Origin: an uncultured Actinomycetota bacterium
Lineage (GTDB): Bacteria > Actinomycetota > Actinomycetes > Actinomycetales > CAWJMD01
Reading direction: 5' to 3'
DNA: 64,000 nucleotides
NCBI GenBank assembly: GCA_963750285.1
Contig: CAVVQA010000002.1
Location: 198,229 to 262,228, forward strand
Under the pieces are notes generated by a model that had not been told where the DNA came from, ran no database searches, and saw only the letters and a list, made by a program, of their open reading frames with translations. Shown in pieces: positions 44,408 through 53,265 of the stretch (the stretch's first letter is position 1; each line of letters starts with the position of its first letter). A program made the position numbers and the translations under genes.

Positions 44408-46117
44408 TCAGCCGTCGAGGCGACCGGACGCGCGGTGCAGGACGAGCAGCACCTGCAGGTCGAGCGCCCGCGACCGCCAGCCCTCGCCGAGCAGCCGGTC
44501 GAGGGTCGCGAGCCGCTGGTAGAGCGTGTTGACGTGGACGCCGAGGGCGGCGGCGGTGGCGGTGGGCCGGCGCCCCTGCTCGAGGTAGGTGCGCAGGGTG
44601 TCGACCAGCGGCACCTGGCGCACCCGCTCCTCGGCGAGCACCCGGCCGAGCTCGCGCTGCACCTGGTCGGCGAGCTCCTGGCGTCCGGTGCGGCTGAGCA
44701 GGACGGCGAACACCCCGAGGTCGCCCGGCGCGGGCCAGGTCGCCGTCGCGGCCGAGGGCGGTGAGCGCCCGGGCGGTGCGGCCGGCGTCGGCGTAGGCGC
44801 GGCGCAGCCGTCCGCGGGCACCGGCCCGGCGAGCCCGGCCGTCGGCGCGCCCGGGCCGTCGCCAGGCGTCGTCCAGGTCCGTCCCGTCGGCAGGTCGGAC
44901 GAGCACCAGCTGGCCCGCGCAGCGCCGCCGCGGCACCCGGTGCCGCCGGGCAGGCCGGCCGCCCACCGCCGCGCCGCCTCCGGGTCGCCGTCGGCCACCA
45001 CGACGAGGTGCTCGCGGCGCGGGTCGAGCCCGGCGCCGCGGAACCGGCGCCGCTCCGCCGCGGGGTCCGCCTCGGCGCGGGTCAGCAGGTCGACGGTCGC
45101 GATGTCGCGGCCCAGCCGGTCGGCGCGCTCGGCGGCCCGGCGACCGGCCAGGGTCAGCGCGAGCACGGGCGCGGCGCGCTCCATGAGCAGCACGACGTCG
45201 GCCGGCGGGTCCGTCGGTCGTCGACGGCGAGCGCCCCGAGCAGGTCGCCGGCGGCCACGACGGGTTGGACGGTGCCGGGGTGCGGCTGCTGCGCGGCGTC
45301 GGGGTCGAGCCAGTCCAGCCGGGTCGGCGTCATCGCCCGCACCCGCTCGAGCAGCGAGTCGAGGTCGCCGCCCTCGAGCACCGCGGCGGTGAGCGCGGCG
45401 TCCAGGCGCAGCGTGTCCTGCAGCGCGGCCTCCGACTCGGCCAGCTGCTGGCGCGAACGGGCGTTGTCGATGGCGACGGCGGCGTGGGCGGCCAGGCCGG
45501 ACAGCAGCCGGACCTCGTCGTCGTCGAAGGCGCCGCTCCTGCCGCTTCGCGGCCAGCAGCGCCCCGAGCACCCGGCCGCGCACGGCGAGCGGGACGCCGA
45601 GCAGCCCGCGCAGGCCCTCGGCCGACGCCGCGCGGTCGGCCGTCTCCTCGTGCGCGATCCGCGGTCTCCGAGCCGTAGTCGCGGGTCCACATCGCCTCGC
45701 CCGAGTCGACCACCCGGCCGATCAGCCCGCCGCCGCGCGGCAGCCGGATGCCCACCAGCCGCGGGCTGCGGGCGCCGTCGGCCACCACGATCCGCAACGC
45801 GTCGTCCTCGACCAGCGCCAGGTAGGTCAGGTCGACGCCGAGCAGGCGCCGCGCCTGCGCCGACCACCTCCTCCAGCAGGTCCTGCGGGTCGCGCACCAC
45901 GGCGAGCCGCTCGGCCACGTCGTTGAGCGCGGCCAGCTCGACCGCGCCGCTGGCGGCGCTCGGCGAGCAGCGCCGCCACCTCGAGCGCGGCGCGGGCCTG
46001 GGCGTCGGCCTGCTCCGCCGGCGTCCCGGCGGCGACCAGCGCGCGCCGGTGCGCCTCCAGCGCCTCGACCGGCGCCTGCCCGGCCAGCAGGTCGACCCAG
46101 TCGGTCCCGGCTCCCAT
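44408..46117 (-). pseudogene. PucR family transcriptional regulator with GAF domain; about eight frame breaks
   Basis: The C-terminal PucR HTH is intact in ORF 44408..45583 (LVDTLRTYLEQGRRPTATAAALGVHVNTLYQRLATLDRLLG). GAF-like text is split over frames (LNDVAERLAVVRDPQDLLEEVV, LLGVDLTYLALVEDDALRIVVADGARSPRLVGIRLPRGGGLIGRVVDSGEAMWTRDY, GLLGVPLAVRGRVLGALLAAKRQER, FDDDEVRLLSGLAAHAAVAIDNA). The N-terminus is MGAGTDWVDLLAGQAPVEALEAH. Confidence 0.65.
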
Positions 46118-46245
46118 GTGGAGGATCCTCCCACCAGAACGGGACGACGGCAGAGGTTTCGTCCGTTGTCCGGCGCGGTGCCGCGGCGCCGGACCCTGGG
46201 TGCGACCCCGAGCGGCAGCGCCGCCAGCTCACGCCAGGAGACGCC

Positions 46246-47589
46246 ATGACCAGCACGATCCCGTCGCCCCCCACGGCCGGCACCGACCTCCCGACCGCCC
46301 GCCGCCGACCGTCCCGAGCGCCGACCCGGTCGAGGAGGCGAAGCCGTCCGGGCTGCGCCGCCTGTCGTTCGGGCTGCTGATGGTCTACGTGGCCATCCTC
46401 GCCATCAACTCCGGCGGCCTCGGCATCCTGATCCCCGACCTGGTGGCCCGCCTCGACGAGGCCGAACAAGGTCGGCAACCTCGCGATCGTCTCCACCGTC
46501 GCGTTCCTGGCCAACGTCTTCGCCCAGCCGATCGCCGGCGCCCTGTCCGACGCCACCCGCTCGCGGTTCGGCCGCCGGACGCCGTGGATGGTCGGCGGCG
46601 GGCTCGTGGCCGCCGGCTTCATGGTCGGGCTGCCGATGGCCGGCTCGGTCGTCACCGTCGCGATCGTCTGGCTGGCCGTCCAGCTCGGCGTCAACGCCCT
46701 GCAGGCCGCGGCCACCGCGCTCGTCCCCGACCGCTACCCGCCCGCCCGCCGCGGCGGCGTCTCCGGCATGGTCGGCCTCGGCATCACCGTCGGCAACGCC
46801 GTCGGCGCGATCGTCGCCGGCTCCCTCGCCGCCCAGGGCGCGCTGCCCTACCTCGTCCTGGCCGTCCTGATGGTCGTGGTCGTCGGCACCTTCGTCGTGG
46901 TCAACCGCGACTCGTCCAGCGTCGCCGCCGCCGACGAGGTGCGGGAGCCCGTTCTCGCTCAGCGGCGTTCCTCGCGCGGCTTCTGGGTCAACCCCCGTCG
47001 CCACCCCGACTTCGCCTGGGCCTTCGCCTCGCGCTTCCTGATGGTGATCGGCTTCTACGGCGCCCAGACCTACGGCCTGTACATCCTGCGCGACTACGTC
47101 GGCCTGTCCGACACCGAGTCGACCGCCGTCGCCGCGCAGATCGGCGTCGTGCTGCTCGTCGGCGTGCTGATCTCCGCCCTCGGCCAGCGGCTGTGCTGTC
47201 GGACAAGGTCGGTCGGCGCAAGCCCTTCATCGTCTGGTCCTCGGTCGTCATGGCCGATCGCCCTGGCCGTCCCGCTGTTCGTGCCGACCGTCACCGGCGT
47301 GCTGGTCTACAGCTTCCTGCTCGGCCTGGGCTTCGGCACCTACATCTCCATCGACCTCGCCCTGATGACCGAGGTGCTGCCGGCCACGGCTGGCGAGCGC
47401 GCAGAGCAGCCGCGGGCCGCGACCTCGCCATCCTCGGCCTGGCCACCACGCTGCCGCAGGCGCTGAGCCCGTCGATCGCCGCGGGCCTGGTCGGCCTCAC
47501 CGGCGGCTACCCGGTGCTGTTCGTCGCCGGCATCGTGTTCGTCATGCGTCGGCGCGATCGCCGTCCTGCCGATCAAGTCGGTCCGATGA
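46246..47589 (+). pseudogene. MFS transporter; about six frame breaks
   Basis: AGGAG lies 6 nt upstream of the ATG at 46246. Pieces: LRRLSFGLLMVYVAILAINSGGLGILIPDLVARLDEAE; VGNLAIVSTVAFLANVFAQPIAGALSDATRSRFGRRTPWMVGGGLVAAGFMVG... (ORF 46588); LSDKVGRRKPFIVWSSVVMA; DLAILGLATTLPQALSPSIAAGLVGLTGGYPVLFVAGIVFV; end ...LPIKSVR* at 47589. Confidence 0.65.
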
Positions 47590-47599
47590 CCGGCGACCG

Positions 47600-49035
47600 A
47601 TGAGCAGGCTCGACCTCGTGACCGAGGTCGAGCAGGAGCAGCCCGACGGACGCCCTGCGCGCGGCCCTGGCTCGACGCTGCTCCCCGCGGGCGACGGTCG
47701 TCACCGTCGCCGCGAGTCGCGGCGAGCGGTACCGCCACGACGAGGCCGAGTGGGCGCCGTCCGGCCCTCCCGGTCGCGGTGGTGCGGCCGACCACCGCCG
47801 AGCAGGTCCGCGACGTGGTGCGGCTGTGCCTCGAGCACGGCGCGCCCGTCGTGGCCCGCGGGGCCGGCACCGGGCTCTCCGGCGGCGCCAACGCCGTCGA
47901 GGGCTGCGTGGTCGTCAGCCTCGAGCGGATGGACGCCGTCGTCGAGGTCGAACACCCTCGAGCGCTACGCCGTGGTGCAGCCGGGCGTGGTCAACGACGA
48001 CCTGCGGGCCGCGGTCGCCGAGCGTCGGCCTCTGGTACCCGCCGGACCCGGCCAGCTCGCCCTGGTCGACGATCGGCGGCAACGTCGCCACCAACGCCGG
48101 CGGCGTCTGCTGCGTCAAGTACGGCGTCACCCGCGACTACGTGCTGGAGCTCGCAGGTCGTCACCGGGCACCGGCGAGCTGGTCCGCGTCGGCCGACGCA
48201 CCGCCAAGGGTGTCGCGGGCTACGACCTGGTCGGCCTGCTGGTCGGGTCCGAGGGCACCCTCGGGCATCGTCACCGAGATCACCGTGCGGCTGCGCCCGG
48301 CGCGCCCGGCCGAGCACACGGTCGTCGGGCTACTTCGGCTCGCTGGTCGCGGCCGGCGAGGCCGTCGCCGCCGTCGCGCGCGACCGGTGTCGTCCCGTCG
48401 GCGCTCGAGCTGCTCGACCGCCACTGCCTCGCCGCCGTGGACGAGTGGAAGAACATGGGCCTGTCGGCGGACGCCGCGGCGATCCTGCTGGCCCGCGTCG
48501 ACGCCCCCGGCTCTGCCGGCGAGGCCGAGGCCGACGCCGTGCTCGCCGCCTTCGAGGCGGCCGGCGCCACCTGGGCGGCGCGCTCGGCGGACCCCGAGGA
48601 GGCCGACGCCCTGTTCGGCGCCCGCCGCCTCGCCTACCCCGCGCTGGAGCGGCTCGGCCCGGTGCTCACCGAGGACGTCTGCGTCCCGGTCGGGCGGTGC
48701 CGGCGATGCTCGAGCGGATCGAGGAGATCGGCCGACGGCACGACGTGCTGATCGCCAACATCGCCCACGCCGGCGACGGCAACCTGCACCCGCTGCTCAT
48801 CACCCCGCCCGGCGACGACGCGGCCCGCGCCCGCGCCCAGGCCGCCTTCGACGAGATCATCACCGCCGCACTGGATCTGGGCGGCACCGTCACCGGCGAG
48901 CACGGCGTGGGCCTGCTCAAGCGCGACGGCCTGGCGGCCGAGCTCGACCCCGTGGTCGCCGAGATGCACCGCGCGCTGCGGCGCGCGCTCGACCCGCACG
49001 GCATCCTCAACCCCGGCAAGGTCGTCGCGGTCTGA
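47600..49035 (+). pseudogene. FAD-linked oxidase (GlcD-like, glycolate/D-lactate dehydrogenase family); about nine frame breaks
   Basis: [40 protein letters not shown]; [21 protein letters not shown]; [42 protein letters not shown]; [31 protein letters not shown]; [14 protein letters not shown]; [12 protein letters not shown]; the C-terminus [16 protein letters not shown]...[15 protein letters not shown]...[12 protein letters not shown] is in ORF 47779..49035. Confidence 0.75.
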
Positions 49036-49057
49036 GCGACGCCAGGTGGTCAGGCGC

Positions 49058-50681
49058 TCAGGCGGTCGGGCCGGGGACCGACAGCCGCGGGAGCAGGCGC
49101 GGGAGCAGGTCCTGGTCGGCCGGCCCGAGGTCGGGGGTGAAGTCCCACGACGTGCCGCCGTAGCCGTCGGTGAGCACGCCGCCGTCGCCCGCCGGCACCG
49201 TGCGGCAGGCGCGCAGCAGCACCGACAGGTGCGGCACCGGCACCGCCTCGCTCTCGGTGGCGGACAGCACCACCTGCACCCCGAGCTCGGGCCCGCGGTC
49301 GACGACCTGGTGCAGCAGGCCGAGCGCGTGGTCGTCGAGACCGGTGGGCACGTCGTGCACGACGAGCAGCCGCGGGCGCGCGTCGAGCTCGTCCAGGGCC
49401 TCGGGATGGCCTGCCTGGTAAGCCATCTCGACCAGGTCGAGGTGGCGCACGAGATCGGCCAGCGCCGCCGTGGCGGCGCCCGGGTCGGTGGCGACGGGCC
49501 CGAGGGCGGGCATCGGCGCGGGGTTCGTGCCGCCGACGTCGACGACCGTGACCGCGAACGTCCCGGGCGGGGCGGCCGCCAGCACCCGGGTGGCGATCGC
49601 CCGCAGCACGTGCGCGGCCGCGAGCGGCCCGCCGGTGGCGCCGTCGACCCGCACCGGCAGGTGCAGGGGCAGGCCGATCAGCATCGGCACGGCCAGGCCC
49701 GGCGCGTCGTCGACGCCGAGGGTGCCGATCCGCACCGCGGCCGCCCGTTCGGTGGCGGGCTGCCACGACCGCCAGGCCGCCGAGGTCCACTCCGCCATCG
49801 GCGCCGGCAGCGTGGACTCCAGCCCCGCGAGCTCCTCGCGCAGCTGGGCCGTGTCGCGGGCGTGGTTCGCCCGGGCGGTGGCGACCATCGCGTCGTGGTC
49901 GCGCTCGGCGGCGGCGCGGGCGGCCTCGCCCGCCGGCCCGGAGCGCGTGCGCGGGTCGGCCACCACCTGCTCGAGCGCGCGCTCGAGCCGGGACGCCGCG
50001 TACTCCAGCGTCGAGCGGAGCGAGGCGGTCGACCGGGAGGCGTCCTCGAGGATGCCGGCCGCCTGGCGGGCGAGCCGCTCCTGCACCGACGTCCCGGGCG
50101 GCGCCGGTGCGGGCGCGGTGGACGCCGGCGGCCGCGGCACCGACGACGGCGGCGCGGGAGCGGCGGTGACGGGTGGCGCGGGCGCCGGCGCCGGGTCCTC
50201 GACCTCGACACCGTGCCGCGTGACGACCTCGGCGAGCCCGCCGTCGTAGCCCTGCCCCACCGCGCGCACCTTCCAGGCGCCCGCCCGCCGGTAGAGCTCG
50301 CAGGCCACCAGCGCCCGCTCGGACGTCAGCCCGGTGGGCGTGAAGCCGGCCAGCGGCCTGCGCGGCTCCGACCAGCTCGATCCGCGGCGCGGGTCCGCTG
50401 CCGAGCGGCGGCGCCCCGGGGTCGGTGCTGACCACGACGAGGACGGTGGCGACGTCGGGGTCGACGCGGTCCAGCGCCACGTGCACCTGCTGCGGCGGGC
50501 CCGGCGACCAGGTGGCGGCGCCGGCCACAGGCTGGTTGTAGAAGGCCAGATCCGCACTGCTGCGGACCTTCTCGTCCGCGCCGAGCAGCAGCGCCGACAC
50601 GTCGCCGGGGTGGTGCACCCGGACCGTGACGACGGGGTCGGGCCAGGGGAGGTTCTGGCCCTTGACCAGGTCGGTGGTCAC
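49058..50681 (-). pseudogene. TerD-like domain / helical region / degenerate FtsK-HerA-like P-loop domain protein; one frame break near 50370
   Basis: From the GTG at 50681: MTTDLVKGQNLPWPDPVVTVRV...DVSALLLGADEKVRSSADLAFYNQP...IELV (ORF 49050..50681). It continues in ORF 49058..50557: EPRRPLAGFTPTGLTSERALVACELYRRAGAWKVRAVGQGYDGGLAEVV, a Pro/Ala linker, an Ala/Arg/Glu-rich segment, then IGTLGVDDAPGLAVPMLIGLPLHLPVRVDGATGGPL...TFAVTVVDVGG...RPRLLVVHDVPTGL...GVQVVLSATE. Confidence 0.6.
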
Positions 50682-50703
50682 GCTCGCGCCCGGGGCCGCC
50701 GGC

Positions 50704-52191
50704 TCAGGACCGCTTGAGGAACCGGGGCAGCTGCTGGATCGCCTCGGTGGGCACCCGCGCCTGGATGCCCTCGCCGATCGCCTGCAGCTTCCAGCCGCCG
50801 CCCTCGCGGTAGACCTTGGCCATGATCATCCCGGTGGAGGGCATGCCGCCTGCGAGCGTGTAGCGCGCGAGCTCGGCACCGGTGGTCTGGTCGACCAGGC
50901 GGCAGAACGCGTTCTGCACCTGCTCGAAGGTCTGGCCCTCGTACGACGTGACGACGAAGAACAGCGTGCTGACGTGCACCGGCACGCGGGTGAGGTCGAC
51001 CATCACCACCTCGTCGTCGCCGTCGCCCTCACCGGTGCGGTTGTCGCCCATGTGCTGGATCGAGCCGTCCTTGGTGCGCAGCTGGTTGTAGAACGCGACG
51101 TCGACGGCCTGCTCGTCCGCGAACAGCACGCAGGAGGCGTCCAGGTCGATGTCGACCTCGCGCGAGCCGAAGAACCCGCCCTTCTTGATCGGGTCCCAGC
51201 CCAGTCCCATCCGGATCATCGTGAGGGCGACGCCGCCGTCCTTGGACAGCGAGACCTTCTGGCCCTTGGACAGGCTGACCGTGCGGCCCTTCATCAGGCT
51301 GACCTCGCCCTGCCCTGCCCTGGCCCTGCGGCTGCTGGCCGGCTGCTGCGGCGGGGGCGGGGCGGCGGGCTGGCCGTACGACGGAGCCGGAGCCGGCTGG
51401 CCGTACGACGGAGCCGGCGCGGGCTGGCCGTACGACGGGGGCGCGGGCGGCGCGCTCTGGGGCGGGGCCGGCGGCGGAGGCGGCGCCTGGCCGTACGACG
51501 GCGCCGCCGGTGCCGGCTGGCCGTAGGACGGCGCGGCGGGCGGACCGGACGGGCTGGCGCGGCGGGGCGGGCTGGCCGTAGGACGGTGCGGCGGGGGGCG
51601 CGGCCGGTGCGGGCGGGACGGCGCGGCGCGGCGCGGGACGGGCGGGCGGCGCGGCGGGTGCCGGGGGAGCCGCAGCGGCCGGGGCCGCGTCGTCCACGGA
51701 GACGCCGTGGTCCTTGATCAGGTCGGCGAGGCCGCCGGCGTAGCCCTGGCCCACCGCGCGGACCTTCCACGACCCCTGGCGGCGGTACAGCTCGAGCGCC
51801 ACGACGATGCTCTCGCTGTCGAGGCCCGGTCATGGTGAACTCCGCCTGCTGGCCGCCGGCGCCGTCGGTGACGCGCGCCACCGGCTGGCCGACGGCGCCG
51901 AAGCGCCCGTTCGGGTCGTCGAGGGAGGTCACCAGGCGGACGGCGTGCACGTCGGCGGGGACCTGCCCGAGGTCGACCTCGACCTTCCAGCCCTGCCCGC
52001 CGGCGGGCTGCACGCAGCGGACGCCCGGGCCCGGTGGGCTGGTTGTAGAACACGAAGTCGGCGTCGGACCGCACCTTGCCGCTCTCGGTGACGAGCAGCG
52101 CCGACAGGTCGGCGGGCGCGCCCACGTCGACGGTGAGCACCACCTGGTGGGTGGTCAGCGGCGCGTTGCCGCCCTTGGTCAGCTGGGTCAC
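50704..52191 (-). pseudogene. double TerD-domain protein with PSYGQP-repeat linker; three frame breaks (near 52025, 51825, 51550)
   Basis: GGAGGG Shine-Dalgarno, GTG at 52191. N-terminal TerD-like domain MTQLTKGGNAPLTTHQVVLTVDVGAPADLSALLVTESGKVRSDADFVFYNQPTGPG / VRCVQPAGGQGWKVEVDLGQVPADVHAVRLVTSLDDPNGRFG...EFTMTG / LDSESIVVALELYRRQGSWKVRAVGQGYAGGLADLIKDHGV. The linker is open in the same frame as the C-terminal canonical TerD domain (ORF 50704..51294, GDNRTGEGDGDDE at 51010-51048). Total 1488 nt, a multiple of three. Confidence 0.65.
51361..51590 (-). repeat. in-frame tandem-like coding repeats, six copies of P-S-Y-G-Q-(P/A) separated by Pro/Ala spacers
   Basis: The plus strand shows recurring (c/g)ctggccgta(c/g)gacgg at about 51369, 51396, 51423, 51487, 51516 and 51571. 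Three adjacent copies have a 27-nt period. The minus-strand translation reads ...PSYGQPAPAPSYGQPAPAPSYGQPAAPPPPQQP... Confidence 0.7.
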
Positions 52192-52406
52192 TGGGTCGTC
52201 CCTCCGGGGTCGCGGCTGCGGTAGCCGTGCGCGGTCGGGCCAAACCTACCCGCGCGACGCCGCGGTCCGGGGGCGCTCCGCCGGGCGCCGCCCGGCCGGA
52301 CGCACTCCTCACGGCACCGTGTGCGCGCGACCACCGCCCGCCGCGTCCCGGTGGCCGCCGCTGCCCCTCGTTCGACGAGGCGCACGCCCCGACGCCCGCC
52401 CGCGGG

Positions 52407-52590
52407 TCAGCGCACCAGCGGGGTGACCGGCTGGTCGCGCCACAGCCGTACCCAGCTGGTGGTGGCCGCTGTCAGCGCGGTGCCGCAGGCGGAGCAGGTG
52501 GAGGGGTCGTCGCTCGTGCGGCCGCAGACCTCGTGCAGCAGCTCGAGCCGTCCGGGACCCGTTGCGGGCGTCTGCTTCTCGCCCCACAGC
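52407..52590 (-). pseudogene. 3' fragment of an unidentified gene (Cys-containing C-terminus), 5' part missing
   Basis: A strongly G/C3-biased frame ends ...ALWGEKQTPATGPGRLELLHEVCGRTSDDPSTCSACGTALTAATTSWVRLWRDQPVTPLVR* at 52407. Upstream of about 52590 the frame runs antisense to the MFS fragment and has no credible start. A short hairpin CCTCGT tcg ACGAGG (52363-52377) follows the stop. Confidence 0.3.
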
Positions 52591-53198
52591 GCGTCACCGC
52601 GGCGCGCACCCGCACCTTCTGGGCGCTGTTCGCCGGCTTCGCGATCTGCGGGGCGACCACCAACGGGCTGATCGGGACGCACTTCGTGCCGGCGGCCCAC
52701 GACCACGGGATGGCCCAGACGACCGCCGCTGGCCCGCTCGCGGTGGTGGGTGTGTTCGACATCGTGGGCACGATCGCCTCGGGCTGGCTCACCGACCGCT
52801 TCGACCCGCGGATCCTGCTCGCCGTGTACTACGCGGGCCGCGGGGTGGGGCTGGCGCTGCTGCCGGCGCTGCTCGGCGACAGCGTGCACCCGAGCATGAT
52901 CGCCTTCGTCGTCGTGTACGGCCTGGACTGGGTGGCCACCGTGCCGCCGACGGTCGCCTTGTGCCGGCAGGCGTTCGGCGACGCCGGGACGATCGTGTTC
53001 GGCTGGGTGTTCGCCGCCCACCAGCTCGGTGCGGCGGCCGCGTCGGTGGCTGCGGGCTTCGTGCGCGACGTGACCGGCGACTACGCCCTCGCGTGGTTCT
53101 CCGCAGCAGGTCTGTGCGTCGTGGCGGCCGTGATCCCGCTGGCGGTCACCAGGGCGCGTCCGGCCGCCCCGGTCGAGCAGGAGCCCGTGCCGGTCTGA
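52590..53198 (+). pseudogene. MFS transporter, C-terminal half only (5'-truncated)
   Basis: The tail of ORF 52227..53198 becomes MFS-like only from ...RTRTFWALFAGFAICGATTNGLIGTHFVPAAHDHGMAQTTAAGPLAVVGVFDIVGTIASGWLTDRFDPR..., which is the central loop plus the last six helices. The preceding ~120 codons of the ORF are not MFS-like. Confidence 0.65.
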
Positions 53199-53265
53199 CG
53201 GTTCCGGGATGGCGGGACAGACGGGACATGCTGACCACCTGCTGACGGCGTGCGCCGAGACCGCC

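Noticed and set aside
50704-51294. The listed 196-aa ORF as a stand-alone TerD gene
   Set aside because: The frame stays open upstream of the ATG at 51294 through the whole PSYGQP repeat region, and no Shine-Dalgarno precedes that ATG. The segment GEVSLMKGRTVSL reads as continuous protein, so a fusion with the upstream TerD-like domain is more likely. It remains unproven until the sequence is corrected.
51361-51590. The short repeats as a CRISPR-like or non-coding tandem array
   Set aside because: The repeats are in frame with the flanking TerD domains and translate to a consistent PSYGQP motif. The spacers are Pro/Ala codons. There are no cas genes and no CRISPR-type repeat length or spacing.
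49058-52191. A classical tellurite-resistance (terZABCDE) island
   Set aside because: Only TerD-type domains are present. No TerB, TerC, TerA/Z/E series, TerY/vWA or associated biosynthetic genes occur anywhere in the window, so a resistance phenotype should not be assumed.
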